A stretch of 32,329 nucleotides of DNA from Acaryochloridaceae cyanobacterium VAR_48_metabat_390 (GTDB lineage: Bacteria > Cyanobacteriota > Cyanobacteriia > Thermosynechococcales > Thermosynechococcaceae), in the NCBI GenBank assembly GCA_031422435.1, contig JANPLU010000065.1, forward strand, positions 1 to 32,329, in the 5' to 3' direction. Numbering within the stretch: the stretch's first letter is position 1; each line of letters starts with the position of its first letter. Both the position numbers and the translations under genes were made by a program. This document shows positions 1-9,849 of the stretch, piece by piece. The notes under the pieces were generated by a model. It searched no databases. It saw nothing but the letters and a program-made list of their open reading frames with translations, and had not been told where the DNA came from.

Positions 1-2
1 TC

Positions 3-97
3 AAGGCTTCTAAGCTCCTCTCCTGCGTGAGAGGGGCTTAGAAGCCTTTGGCTATAAGAAAGGGGGTGAGGGTCTTAATGCATCATCGAACTCACGT
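3..97. repeat. Dispersed palindromic repeat / MITE-like element (possibly truncated by window start)
   Basis: 20-bp inverted repeat (3-22 / 29-48, one G-U pair), then GGGGGTGAGGG motif, ending in TCGAACTCACGT (86-97), which recurs at 29104-29115. Confidence 0.6.
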
Positions 98-120
98 AAT
101 ACTCAATATAAATCTGGAAT

Positions 121-615
121 TTAGCTGTAGCTTGGGATCTCAACCCTGGCAGTCCCTATAGGAATTTCGCCTTGAATCCCAAGGCGCTCAGCCGTCACTC
201 CATAGAGTAAAGTCTGTCCTCCTGGAGTTGTCATGCGGGCACCTGTAAATGACACTTCTAAATATCCGCCAGGAATCACGGGTTGAGCAAAAGTAATTGA
301 AACACGATCTTTTCCAAGGTCTGTCTTAGCTGCAATCACCTTTCCAAATTGATCCGTAACCCGCACCCCATCATATCCTTCCATTTGGCTGGGAACCGCT
401 ATCATTAAGTCTTTTAGAGACATTCCTATCACCGCAATACGAATGAAGTGAGTGCTGCCGCGCACCCCAGAATTCGTAATAATGGGTGCTGTGAAGTTAA
501 ACACCATAGGTGCTGCTGCTGTCTGTGCAAGAACAATGGGCGTCAACGATGGCATTACTCCTATCGTTGTTGTGAACAACAAAGCAGATAGGCCGCCACG
601 CAGTAAGCGTTTCAT
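121..615 (-). CDS. DUF2808-family secreted protein
   Basis: Signal-peptide-like N-terminus from ATG 615 (MKRLLRGG...); ITFAQPVIPG and C-terminal PIGTAR motifs typical of cyanobacterial DUF2808. Confidence 0.65.
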   Translation of the reverse strand: MKRLLRGGLSALLFTTTIGVMPSLTPIVLAQTAAAPMVFNFTAPIITNSGVRGSTHFIRIAVIGMSLKDLMIAVPSQMEGYDGVRVTDQFGKVIAAKTDLGKDRVSITFAQPVIPGGYLEVSFTGARMTTPGGQTLLYGVTAERLGIQGEIPIGTARVEIPSYS

Positions 616-881
616 GTCAGAATCCTCAAATATGAAATAGTGAATCGCTAATGACGGAGCGCTGAATTTAACGTCCAATCAATTGCGATTAATCAATAGA
701 ATGATTTCTTTCCATGAGGCGAAGCTGACGTAAAACTTAAAGCAGCATTAATGTTTGCACTAAAAAAACTTATTAATTCTAATTTTATATTCAGAAATTA
801 TCTGCGCTTAGATTCTTGAAGTTTTAAGTAAGCATTGTGCCTTAACTAAGCAAATACTCATTCAACCACGGCAATAGATTT

Positions 882-1391
882 CTACTCTACGCTTTCATAA
901 AACTGGAGGCTGTCGGATGGCGAGCCTTGGAGCAATCGACTTGCCTGACGAATCAGTAGTTCAGTGCCTTGGGCAACTAGCAAATATTTGCCTGCTGCAA
1001 GTCGTTGGGCAAACGGCTTTTTTTCACTATCCATGAGAAACTGAGCGCCACCGCCAAAGGTAAAGCCGCCCATCGCACTGGCGATCGCACCAAAGACTCC
1101 ACCAATAAGGTGGTTAATGAGTGGAGAGCCTTGTTCCAGAATGCTCAGATGCGTAATTTCGTTGAAGCTAAACCCTGCAACAAAACCAAAGGGAACGACC
1201 CAGTACAGCATTCGCTTCGCCTGATCCCATGCAACTTGGTTGGGGTCGTAAATATTGATATCTTTTAAAGTCTTATGCCCTGTCCCCAACAGATCAATGT
1301 GGGCAAGGGCGAGATCTGAGGTTTTAAGCTTTTCGTAAGCGGCATCGGCCTGAGGGCGATCGCTAAAGGTAACAACAATATATTGAGCCAT
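882..1391 (-). CDS. Conserved cyanobacterial membrane protein (Gly-rich two-TM hairpin)
   Basis: ATG 1391 (MAQYIVVTF); WVVPFGFVAG and GGVFGAIASAMGG hydrophobic segments; GKYLLV motif. Confidence 0.7.
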   Translation of the reverse strand: MAQYIVVTFSDRPQADAAYEKLKTSDLALAHIDLLGTGHKTLKDINIYDPNQVAWDQAKRMLYWVVPFGFVAGFSFNEITHLSILEQGSPLINHLIGGVFGAIASAMGGFTFGGGAQFLMDSEKKPFAQRLAAGKYLLVAQGTELLIRQASRLLQGSPSDSLQFYESVE

Positions 1392-1561
1392 AAAAATTAT
1401 CGTGCGAAGAAAGAATCGAGGCAGTGAATTGATGCTGCACACTTAGGATAATCCTAAGCCTGCCCCGATTTATCCTGTCGTTGATATATCAAGAGCAATG
1501 ATTTGCAACAGCGTTGGACATGAAGTGCATGTTGCAAACTAAAGGATTTTCACGAACAGCG

Positions 1562-2020
1562 CTAATAAGCGTAAATCTCACCCTTTGCATCAATTTCTAA
1601 AGCTCTTTGACCTTGCCCCTTCGCTGGCCTTACTTCTAGGGTCACAATATTATCTTTGACTGAGACTTTATAGCGGATGTTGATTTTATCTCTGACTGGA
1701 TTAACCGCAACGTAGGCAGGTAAGGGAATCTTGCCCAGTTTGGCAGTCATACCCTTTTTAAGCTCCCGCGCATCAGTATGCCCCATTAAGGTATATCGAA
1801 AAGGCTCTCCAAAGTTATTGACGAAAATAACCTGGACGGGCTTCTTTGGATTGACGCGAGCATTAGGCTGCCAGTCAGCACGATCTGGATCTGAAGCACC
1901 TCGGATGACGTTGGGTGGGCTAGGTTGAGACAGTACATCATGACTTAAAAAAGGAGCTGATAGTACTCCTGCCGCTGTACCTACAGCAAGTACAACTGTG
2001 CCCAAAGCTTTCCACTTCAT
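1562..2020 (-). CDS. Hypothetical secreted protein
   Basis: 152-aa ORF with signal-peptide-like N-terminus and beta-rich body. Confidence 0.65.
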   Translation of the reverse strand: MKWKALGTVVLAVGTAAGVLSAPFLSHDVLSQPSPPNVIRGASDPDRADWQPNARVNPKKPVQVIFVNNFGEPFRYTLMGHTDARELKKGMTAKLGKIPLPAYVAVNPVRDKINIRYKVSVKDNIVTLEVRPAKGQGQRALEIDAKGEIYAY

Positions 2021-2103
2021 TAATTCTGTATCCTTTTCATTTTTTCAGCGTACCTGACTTAGGTATCGTTAGCGATCAATAAGCGAGGCAGTCAAGCACC
2101 TTA

Positions 2104-2619
2104 CTAATTGCTACCAAACCATTTCTGAGCATTGATGCGCTGAATCACGCCAAAAACCAATAGATCCAGCGTAATTTTGCGTTCGTCTACCAAAAAAGGC
2201 TCTAAGGTACTAGGCGCAACTTTTCCGGTTGAGCAAGAAAATGCTCGCACAGAATTGAGGTCAGCCTGAGCAAAATAGACCGTAAAGTTCCGCTGCCCTT
2301 TTAACCACTGCCCTGCAATTTGATTATTTGCAAAGGACAGTTCAAGGTCAGAAACGCTTTTAGCCGCAAAGGCTTTTTCTAAGGCAGGCAGATAGTCTTG
2401 CGAAATGAACTCTGGGAACGGCTTATCTTCTAAAGCTTCTTTTTTAGCCGCTTTTGCCTTAGGAGCCGCTCCAGTTTCTGCCTCTGCACTCGGTTTAGCT
2501 GCTTTCGCTTTGGCAGCTTTAGCTGGCTCGGCAGCCGCATTGGCTATTTCTCCCTTAGGCTCGGCTTGAGGCGGCTCTGCCTGTGGGGGCTGAGGGTTGG
2601 GGGTGATTTCGTCTGCCAT
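2104..2619 (-). CDS. ndhV: NDH-1 associated subunit NdhV (DUF2996)
   Basis: Ala/Lys/Pro-rich N-terminus, then EDKPFPEFI...LEPFLVDERKITLDLLV...QRINAQKW; start at ATG 2619. Confidence 0.8.
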   Translation of the reverse strand: MADEITPNPQPPQAEPPQAEPKGEIANAAAEPAKAAKAKAAKPSAEAETGAAPKAKAAKKEALEDKPFPEFISQDYLPALEKAFAAKSVSDLELSFANNQIAGQWLKGQRNFTVYFAQADLNSVRAFSCSTGKVAPSTLEPFLVDERKITLDLLVFGVIQRINAQKWFGSN

Positions 2620-2638
2620 GATATTGCTTATGTATGGG

Positions 2639-2914
2639 TTAACCCCCTGCGATCGCAGGGATAATGCTGACTTCATCGCCATCCTGAAGGGCTGTGCTTT
2701 TGCCTTCTAAGAAGCGAATGTCTTCATTATTCACATAGAAGTTGACAAATCGGCGCAATTCTCCCTGATCGTCACAGAGCCGCGCTTTAATGCCAGGGCA
2801 GTTCTGGTCAAGAGACTCTAGCAGAGCAGAAATGGTATCTGCCTGACATTCGACGGTGGCTTTATCGTTGGTTAGCTTTTGAAGAGGGGTAGGAATCAGG
2901 ACTTTGATGGACAT
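2639..2914 (-). CDS. MoaD/ThiS/CysO-family ubiquitin-like sulfur carrier
   Basis: 91 aa, [13 protein letters not shown] motif, C-terminal IIPAIAGG (Gly-Gly). Confidence 0.9.
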   Translation of the reverse strand: MSIKVLIPTPLQKLTNDKATVECQADTISALLESLDQNCPGIKARLCDDQGELRRFVNFYVNNEDIRFLEGKSTALQDGDEVSIIPAIAGG

Positions 2915-2960
2915 TAAATTGAATCTCAACAACGTAAGGATGGAGTGTTTTGCTGTAAGC

Positions 2961-3026
2961 AACGGGCAGGTTTTGCCGCCGTTTTTTGATTAGCACCAAA
3001 GCGATTGGGCCAAACCTGCCCTTACG
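2961..3026. repeat. REP-like palindrome between thrC-like gene and moaD
   Basis: GGGCAGGTTT (2964-2973) / AAACCTGCCC (3012-3021) inverted repeat, preceded by GTAA on the minus strand; resembles GTAGGGGCGGGTTT-type REPs. Confidence 0.55.
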
Positions 3027-3044
3027 GTATGTGGGTTGGGTTTG

Positions 3045-4343
3045 TTAGACCAAAACAGGTTCCCAATCGAGGCGCTCTAGGGTTCTGGAGCGCTCTAGGG
3101 CGCGCTCGAAGCTGTCGAGATTTGCTTCAATGGTGAAGGGTTCAGAGATATAGCCCTGTATAGCCTCCATTGTTTTGAGTCCGTTGCCTGTGATGTAGAC
3201 CACGGTTTTTTCGTCAGGGTTAATCTTACCCGCTTCGACCAGCTTCTTGAGAACGGCAATGGTGGTGCCGCCTGCGGTTTCAGTAAAGATGCCTTCGGTT
3301 TCAGCCAAGAGCTTCATCCCCGCGATGATTTCAGCATCGGTAACGGACTCAATGTTTCCGTTGGTTTTACGGGCGACGTCTAGGGCATATACCGCATCAG
3401 CAGGGTTGCCGATCGCTAGGGACTTCGCCACGGTGTTGGGCTTGACGGGGTTAATAAAGTCTCGCCCTTCTTTGTAGGCTTGGGCAATGGGCGAACAGCC
3501 TTCGGCCTGGGCACCGCTAAACCGGACGGGCTTGCCTTCGACTAAGCCGACTTCAACAAATTCGTTGAAGCCCTTATAGATTTTGGTAAATAGAGAACCA
3601 GACGCAAGGGGCGCAACAATGTGGTCGGGGAGTTCCCAGCCGAGCTGCTCAATCACTTCGTAGCCGAGGGTTTTGGAACCTTCGGAGTAGTAGGGGCGCA
3701 GGTTGATGTTGACGAAGCCCCAGCCGTGGGTATTGGCAACTTCAGAGCAAAGGCGGTTGACCTGGTCATAGTTTCCGTGGACTGCCATGAGCGTAGGCGC
3801 ATAGACCAGCGTACCAATCACCTTTCCGGCTTCGAGATCAGAAGGGATGAAGACGCAGCAGTCAAGTCCGGCATGGGCGGCGATCGCAGCGGTTGAGTTT
3901 GCTAAGTTACCTGTGCTGGCGCAGGAGACGGTCGTAAAGCCCAGTTCACGGGCGCGGGTCAGCGCCACAGATACCACCCGATCTTTAAAGCTCAGGGTGG
4001 GCATGTTGACCGCGTCGTTTTTGATGTAGAGATTTTTTAGCCCCAACTGACGCGCCAAGCGATGAGACTTGAGCAATGGGGTCATGCCCGTGCCCATATC
4101 AATGGGGTCGTTGGTTTCGACGGGCAAAAACTGACGGTAGCGCCAAATGGAATTAGGCCCAGACTCAATCTCTTTGCGGGTAATTCTGCCTTTGAGGGGG
4201 CTGAAGTCGTAGTTAACTTCTAGAGGCCCAAAACACATTTCACAAACGTGGATGGCTTCAGCCTTATATTCTGTGCCGCACTCTTTACACTTCAGTCCTT
4301 TGAAGTAAACGGTCTTGTCTTGGGTGAGTATGCTTTGGGTCAT
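3045..4343 (-). CDS. thrC: Threonine synthase-like PLP enzyme (fold type II) with N-terminal Zn ribbon
   Basis: CKECG...CEMC knuckles; PTLSFKDR PLP lysine; CASTGN; EGSKT; ITGNGLK. Confidence 0.85.
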   Translation of the reverse strand: MTQSILTQDKTVYFKGLKCKECGTEYKAEAIHVCEMCFGPLEVNYDFSPLKGRITRKEIESGPNSIWRYRQFLPVETNDPIDMGTGMTPLLKSHRLARQLGLKNLYIKNDAVNMPTLSFKDRVVSVALTRARELGFTTVSCASTGNLANSTAAIAAHAGLDCCVFIPSDLEAGKVIGTLVYAPTLMAVHGNYDQVNRLCSEVANTHGWGFVNINLRPYYSEGSKTLGYEVIEQLGWELPDHIVAPLASGSLFTKIYKGFNEFVEVGLVEGKPVRFSGAQAEGCSPIAQAYKEGRDFINPVKPNTVAKSLAIGNPADAVYALDVARKTNGNIESVTDAEIIAGMKLLAETEGIFTETAGGTTIAVLKKLVEAGKINPDEKTVVYITGNGLKTMEAIQGYISEPFTIEANLDSFERALERSRTLERLDWEPVLV

Positions 4344-4401
4344 TGCGCCTATGTCCTTGCCTCGAAGCTAAGTGATGACGGGTTGCTTGTCAGTTCGTTA
4401 G

Positions 4402-4430
4402 ATACTAGCACGGTCAAAAATAGTCGTCAA
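4402..4430 (-). promoter_or_regulatory. Putative sigma70 promoter of thrC-moaD-ndhV
   Basis: Minus strand TTGACG-N17-TAGTAT, ~60 nt upstream of ATG 4343. Confidence 0.6.
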
Positions 4431-4432
4431 AC

Positions 4433-4457
4433 ATACCCGACTAATTAAGTCGGGTAT
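4433..4457. promoter_or_regulatory. Rrf2-family (IscR type 1-like) operator
   Basis: Palindrome ATACCCGACT-AATTA-AGTCGGGTAT with perfect 10-bp arms; 24/25 match to the recalled consensus ATASYYGACTRwwwYAGTCRRSTAT; abuts the -35 box. Confidence 0.7.
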
Positions 4458-4710
4458 TTATTTTGAAGAAACTTTCAGCAGACATATCGAAAGGGCTAAT
4501 AAACTATAGGTAAGGCATTGAGCGTGATCGTAAGGGTAAATTGACTCGCAGTCACGCTCTTGTCTCGCCGCGAAAAGCCTATAGTGGCATAGAGAAATGA
4601 CGTAGAGAATTATGTCTACAGGCGTCCTTGTCACACCTGACTGGGCATTCTTTTTGCAGAGGAATTGTTGTCCCTACCATGTAAACATAAGTCTCTGATA
4701 CCTTGCGCTA

Positions 4711-4788
4711 GCCCCCACTTCCCCAATTCTGAGGGGAGCAACCCGAAAACTAGGGCCAGTTCCCCAAAAATTGGCGGCTAAGGAGGGG
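4711..4788. repeat. Degenerate cyanobacterial dispersed repeat (CCCCCAATTCTGGGGG type)
   Basis: CCCCAATTCTGAGGGG ... CCCCAAAAATTGGCGG..TAAGGAGGG, two degenerate palindromic units. Confidence 0.5.
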
Positions 4789-4873
4789 TTGAACAAACTC
4801 GATAGAAGCTGTTTGGACACCGTAGATTGTTGCTCTTGTTAGGCACTCCCGTTTAAACACTACTGTTCATGTC

Positions 4874-5845
4874 ATGAAAGTACCGACCCACCCTGAAAAT
4901 GAAGCCGTTCGTATCCAGACCCTGCATTCGCTTAACATTCTAGATACAGAGCCGGAAGAGCGATTTGATCGGCTTACACGATTGGCAAAGCGACTGTTTA
5001 ATGTGCCGATTGTCTTGGTGAGCCTCGTTGATAAGAATCGCCAATGGTTTAAGTCCCGAATTGGGATTGATGTCTGCGAAGGCTCAAGGGACACGTCTTT
5101 TTGTGGTCACGCTATTTTAGGGAACGACCTCTTGATCGTGACGGATGCTTTGCTAGATGAGCGCTTTCACGATAACCCCTTTGTGATTAATGAGCCTAAA
5201 ATCCGGTTCTATGCGGGGGTTCCACTCACGGTTTCCAACAATAGTAAAGTGGGTACGCTGTGTTTGATTGACTACAATCCGCACATTTTTGATGAAGAAG
5301 ATCAGTCGCTGCTGCGCGATCTAGGATGCATGGCGCAACAAGAATTGGCCGCAGTTCAGCTTGCGACGACGGATGAACTCACCCTGCTGTCTAATCGACG
5401 TGGATTTATGATGCTGGCTTCCCATGCGTTAAATCTCTGCAAGCGCCTTTACAAACCTGTGCTTCTGTTTTTCTTTGACCTAGATTTTTTTAAACAAATC
5501 AACGATCGGTACGGACATGCAGAAGGAGATCGCGCGTTAATCAGCTTTAGCCAAGTCCTCAAATCGGCCTTCCGAGAATCAGATGTGGTCGGTCGCCTAG
5601 GAGGGGACGAATTTGTTGTGCTTCTCAGTAATGCAACGCTTGATCAGGGTCAGCAGAGCTTAAATCGTCTAGCCCAGATGTTAGAGACGCACAACGCCCA
5701 GGAGGCTCGTGACTACAACATCCGCTTTAGCGTTGGAACCATAGAGTTTGATCCGAATCAGCATGAGTCTATTGAAGATTTACTGCAGGCGGCTGACGCT
5801 TTGATGTATCGGCAAAAAAAGGAGAAACATCAGCAACAAATATAG
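4874..5845 (+). CDS. GAF-GGDEF diguanylate cyclase
   Basis: N-terminal GAF (FCGHAI, IRFYAGVPL); DLDFFKQIND; RxxD I-site (RESD); intact GGDEF. Confidence 0.92.
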   Translation: MKVPTHPENEAVRIQTLHSLNILDTEPEERFDRLTRLAKRLFNVPIVLVSLVDKNRQWFKSRIGIDVCEGSRDTSFCGHAILGNDLLIVTDALLDERFHDNPFVINEPKIRFYAGVPLTVSNNSKVGTLCLIDYNPHIFDEEDQSLLRDLGCMAQQELAAVQLATTDELTLLSNRRGFMMLASHALNLCKRLYKPVLLFFFDLDFFKQINDRYGHAEGDRALISFSQVLKSAFRESDVVGRLGGDEFVVLLSNATLDQGQQSLNRLAQMLETHNAQEARDYNIRFSVGTIEFDPNQHESIEDLLQAADALMYRQKKEKHQQQI

Positions 5846-5885
5846 GCCATAGAAAACAGGCCATAGAAAAGGGGAGTGGCAGCCG

Positions 5886-7271
5886 CTAAGGATTGGGGGT
5901 TGTAAAAGATCCGCCGAAAGTTTGGCAGAGCTGGCGAAAATGGTCGCCGCGATGCTCAAAGCTTTGATACTGGTCGAAGCTAGCGCAGGCGGGCGAAAGC
6001 AGCACGACCTTTGCCAAATGCTGTTGAGCCAATTCCGCCGCACGAGGCACCGCGCGTTCCATCGTCTCAACGATTTCGTACTGAAGGTAGCCGCTTTCAT
6101 CTAGGCGCTTTGAAAACGCATCGGCAGCTTTGCCAATTAGCAATACAGCAGCAGCCTTTGCCTGAATGGTTTGAATCCAGGCAGTGTCATCGCCCACTTT
6201 TGGATCGCCCCCCGCAATCAGAATTGCAGGGGCATCAACGGCATCTAGACCCGTTTGAGCCGCATCGTAATTTGTGGCTTTACTGTCGTTGATAAAGTCC
6301 ACACCATGGTGGGTGCAGATATACTCCAGGCGATGGGGTACGCCAGGGAAAGCGGCTACGGCCTGGGCGATCGCCTCTTTCTCAATCCCCGCTAACCGAG
6401 CCACGGCGATCGCCACCAGCAGATTTTGCTGATTATGCAGTCCGGGCATCCGTAGGGCATTGGCTTCCACAATCGGCTCCCCCTGTACCTTCACCCAACC
6501 CGCTTCAATATAGGTATGGACGGCTGGTAATTGCTCTGACTGGGAATCTGTATTGGTCCAACAAACATCAGGCCAGCGCTGGGATAGATTTTGGCGTAGG
6601 TAAAGGTCATCACCATTAAGCACCCGCTGCTTTGAATTTTGGAGTAACCCCGCTTTAATCTCACGATAGTTTTCTAGGGTTGTATGGCGTTCTAAATGAT
6701 CGGGGGTAAAAGTTGTCCACACTCCAATCTGAGGCGCAAGGGTGGGGGAAGACTCTGCCTGATAGCTGCTGACCTCTGCAATAATCCAGTCAATCGGCTC
6801 ACCAGAAAGAGCCACTTCGCAGGCGCTGTAGCCAATATTGCCGCAGGCGGGTGCCTTTAGCCCTGCCGCCTGAAAAATTGCGGCAATGAGCGCCGTGGTT
6901 GTGGTTTTGCCGTTGGTGCCCGTAATGCCCACCCAAGGAATATCCTTAAGGTAACGCCAAGCCAACTCTAATTCTCCAATCACCTCAACCCCCTGTTCAC
7001 GGGCTTCTGCCAACGCGGGGATCTGCCACGATACTCCTGGACTCACCACTAGGCGATCGGGTTCAGGAAGGTTTTCTGCGGCTAAAGCCTGGAGCGTAAA
7101 GCGCCAGCCCAGCAGTACCGGAATGCCTTCTGCCGAGAGTAACTGCTGCTGCGCCAAAAGTGTTTCAGAGCGCCCCGCATCGCTGACCGAGACTTGCCAC
7201 CCGTCGCGCTTGAGTAGACGAGCCGCAGCAATACCAGAACGACCAAGACCAATAATATGAGCAACAGGCAT
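5886..7271 (-). CDS. murD: UDP-N-acetylmuramoyl-L-alanine--D-glutamate ligase
   Basis: [44 protein letters not shown]; start set at ATG 7271. Confidence 0.96.
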   Translation of the reverse strand: MPVAHIIGLGRSGIAAARLLKRDGWQVSVSDAGRSETLLAQQQLLSAEGIPVLLGWRFTLQALAAENLPEPDRLVVSPGVSWQIPALAEAREQGVEVIGELELAWRYLKDIPWVGITGTNGKTTTTALIAAIFQAAGLKAPACGNIGYSACEVALSGEPIDWIIAEVSSYQAESSPTLAPQIGVWTTFTPDHLERHTTLENYREIKAGLLQNSKQRVLNGDDLYLRQNLSQRWPDVCWTNTDSQSEQLPAVHTYIEAGWVKVQGEPIVEANALRMPGLHNQQNLLVAIAVARLAGIEKEAIAQAVAAFPGVPHRLEYICTHHGVDFINDSKATNYDAAQTGLDAVDAPAILIAGGDPKVGDDTAWIQTIQAKAAAVLLIGKAADAFSKRLDESGYLQYEIVETMERAVPRAAELAQQHLAKVVLLSPACASFDQYQSFEHRGDHFRQLCQTFGGSFTTPNP

Positions 7272-7366
7272 AGGAACACAGCACAGACTTTTGCATCCCT
7301 CATGGTACCGTTTGGCGTGGTACGGTACGCCTATAGACCTGAAATATTGAGAGCGGCTATAAACCC

Positions 7367-7804
7367 ATGAATGCTGAGGGAACTGACACGGTGCAGCCGA
7401 TGGCTTCAATGACAACGGCACAAGCCCAAGCCATTCTTGCCCCCTTTAGCTGTCTTGAAACGAAAAAAATTGAGTCTTCGGCAGAAAAAGGTGCCGTGCG
7501 TCAGGCGGTTTTACAGTTGGCAAGCATCACCGATACCCACATGTTTGGGATTTTAGCGGCAGATTGGGAAGGGGCGATCGCCGCGCTCCACAGCTATGCC
7601 AAAGCCTTTGGCTATGAGCCGCCTGCCGTCGTTAACCCCTGTAATGATGCCGTCTATATCAAATTCAATCCGCGTGCAGGGTTATGCTACGCCAGCCCTT
7701 ACCCAGACGATCATCGCGGCGTATTGATTGCCTTTCAGTCTGATTTGGCAGATGGCATTAACGAAATGTGTGGTCATTTGCCCCTAGACCTTTTTGAAGC
7801 TTGA
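7367..7804 (+). CDS. DUF1824-family protein
   Basis: VYIKFNP...Y...RGVLIAFQS...GHLPLDLF signature. Confidence 0.8.
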   Translation: MNAEGTDTVQPMASMTTAQAQAILAPFSCLETKKIESSAEKGAVRQAVLQLASITDTHMFGILAADWEGAIAALHSYAKAFGYEPPAVVNPCNDAVYIKFNPRAGLCYASPYPDDHRGVLIAFQSDLADGINEMCGHLPLDLFEA

Positions 7805-7842
7805 GCCAACGTTGTAATGACTTCATTGCTATGACCTCATTA

Positions 7843-8253
7843 ATGCCACCTCAAGGCTGGCCTCTGACAGATCTACCTGGGATGAGCGCCCAAGACTATC
7901 AGAAGCTCTATGACGTAGAGATTGAGTCTACGGTAGCCTTACTCAAGCGCACTAAAACCCTTGAAAAACAGCGGCATCTTGCCCAAAAGCTTCAGATTTC
8001 CGATCGCTGGGTGCGCAAATGGATGGCGCTGGCGGAGCTGTCTCACCTCAAAAGTGTGGGCTGTCAGTATTGTGGGCTGCTGCTCCATGCAGGGGTTACG
8101 TCTGTCGCTCAGCTTTCTACCATGAGTCCATCCATGCTGCACCGCCATATTTTGCGGCTCCAGGTTGCAAACCTTCAACGGCGGGATTTGTGCCCTAGTT
8201 CTGGGGTTGTGATGCATTGGATTCAAGAGGCAAAGCAAGCTGTACGATCCTGA
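7843..8253 (+). CDS. DUF4332-domain protein
   Basis: WPLTDLPG, KWMALAEL, VGCQYCGLLLHAG motifs; start uncertain (7801/7831/7843). Confidence 0.8.
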   Translation: MPPQGWPLTDLPGMSAQDYQKLYDVEIESTVALLKRTKTLEKQRHLAQKLQISDRWVRKWMALAELSHLKSVGCQYCGLLLHAGVTSVAQLSTMSPSMLHRHILRLQVANLQRRDLCPSSGVVMHWIQEAKQAVRS

Positions 8254-8281
8254 GCATGAAATAATTGCCCGAAAGTTTTGG

Positions 8282-9262
8282 TTACGAATGCTCTACCAGC
8301 GGATGTCCAGCATGATGATCGCAGTTCAGCGTGCAAAACTCTGCGGTATCGCCCAGTTCAATCTGGATGGTCGAATGTTCAATGCGGAAATGGTCATGCA
8401 GTTTTTGGCAGACTTGGGCCAGAAAATCATCCCCAGGGTGCCCTGTCGGCATCAAAAGATGAACGGTTAGCGCAACCTCAGTGGTACTCATCCCCCAAAT
8501 ATGGAGGTCATGGATTTGCGTAACGCCAGGACGCTCTAGCAAAAAGGCACGCACGGCCCGTTCATCCACACTTTCGGGGACGGCATCTAGCGCCAAGCTA
8601 AAAGATTCCTTCAGCAGCTGCCAAGTATTGACCACAATCACAATGCTCACAATAAGGCTGAAGGCGGGGTCTAGCCACTGCCAACCCGTTGCTAAAATGC
8701 CAATCCCTGCCAAAACAACGCCAGCGGAAACAAGTGCATCGGCTGCCATGTGCAAAAATGCGGCTCTAATATTCATATCTCCCTTACGACCAGACATAAA
8801 CATGAGCGCCGTAACGGTATTAATGACAATCCCTACGAGCGCCACCCAGATAATGACACCGCCCTGTACCTTCCCAGGTTCCTGAAAGCGCTGGATGGAC
8901 TCCCAAGCAATGCCCCCCGTTACTATCAGCAAAAATACGGCGTTGAAGAAAGCCGCCAAAATAGAAGACCTGCGCCAGCCGTAGGTGTGACGACGAGAAG
9001 GAGGCCGACGGGATAAAACAGCAGCACCCCATGCTAGCCCCAGCCCTAAAACGTCACTTAAGTTATGGCCTGCATCGGCAATGAGGGCGATGGAATGTGC
9101 CAGCAGCCCATAGAAGAATTCAACACCGACAAAGCCGATATTGAGAACTAACCCGACGGCGAAAGCTCGGCTAAAGTTAGCAGGCGCATGGGAATGGGCG
9201 TGGGAACTACTATGAGAATGGCTATGGCTATGATGATCATGGTCTTTATGGTGCTGTGTCAT
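8282..9262 (-). CDS. Cation diffusion facilitator (Zn/Co/Cd efflux, CzcD/ZitB-like)
   Basis: His-rich N-terminus; ADAGHNLSD; HMAADAL; HDLHIW; about 6 TM segments. Confidence 0.92.
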   Translation of the reverse strand: MTQHHKDHDHHSHSHSHSSSHAHSHAPANFSRAFAVGLVLNIGFVGVEFFYGLLAHSIALIADAGHNLSDVLGLGLAWGAAVLSRRPPSRRHTYGWRRSSILAAFFNAVFLLIVTGGIAWESIQRFQEPGKVQGGVIIWVALVGIVINTVTALMFMSGRKGDMNIRAAFLHMAADALVSAGVVLAGIGILATGWQWLDPAFSLIVSIVIVVNTWQLLKESFSLALDAVPESVDERAVRAFLLERPGVTQIHDLHIWGMSTTEVALTVHLLMPTGHPGDDFLAQVCQKLHDHFRIEHSTIQIELGDTAEFCTLNCDHHAGHPLVEHS

Positions 9263-9435
9263 AGCGCATTAATCCACTATATTGATGGCTGAGAGAGCTT
9301 GACCTATGCAGAAAAAGCTGTCTTTGGGATGGGGCGATTCTCTGAGATTCGCGGAGTAAACGCATCTCTAGAGGTACCGCATATTGCAGTCTGCCGCTCT
9401 ATAATAAGCGAGCAAGCCTTGCGTTGAGACATCCT

Positions 9436-9849
9436 ATGGTTCGATCGTTGACTCAAAAACTCATTCTTAGCCTAAGCATGATCGGCTTATCGGCGATGAG
9501 TTTTGGCGATGCCACTGCCCAAGCTCCACGACGGGCGCTGACGTTGCGTGCAGATATTCAACAGGCTAATGCTAAGACAGGCGTTGTAACGGCTAACGGC
9601 AATGTCCAGCTTAGCTACCCAGCCCGTAAGATTCAGGCGACGGCAAATGCGGCGCAGTATTACAGCCGCGAGCGACGCATTGTTTTAACGGGCAATGTTT
9701 ATGTGCTGCAAGATGGCAATAGCTTAAAGGCTGACACTATTACTTATCTGGTGGACGAGGGTCGGTTTGTGGCAGTTCCTCTCAACCAGCGGCAGGTTGA
9801 GGCGACGCTGTTGATACCTGATGAAGAGCCGACTGTGAGAAATAATTAG
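9436..9849 (+). CDS. LptA/OstA-family periplasmic protein
   Basis: Signal peptide, ADIQQANAKTGVVTANGNV, IVLTGNVYVLQDGN. Confidence 0.85.
   Translation: MVRSLTQKLILSLSMIGLSAMSFGDATAQAPRRALTLRADIQQANAKTGVVTANGNVQLSYPARKIQATANAAQYYSRERRIVLTGNVYVLQDGNSLKADTITYLVDEGRFVAVPLNQRQVEATLLIPDEEPTVRNN

Noticed and set aside
680..880. TTAA motifs at ~11-12 nt spacing resembling a Pho/OmpR box
   Set aside because: Spacing is irregular and the region is AT-rich; cannot be distinguished from background
4874..5845. Horizontal origin of the diguanylate cyclase suggested by absence of HIP1
   Set aside because: Only ~1 site is expected per kb, so absence is not significant
5844..5870. AGGCCATAGAAAA repeated twice after the GGDEF stop
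   Set aside because: Only two copies with no spacers; a simple local duplication, not CRISPR
7272..7421. N-terminal extension of murD in the ORF track
   Set aside because: Overlaps the divergent DUF1824 gene; MurD homology begins at ATG 7271
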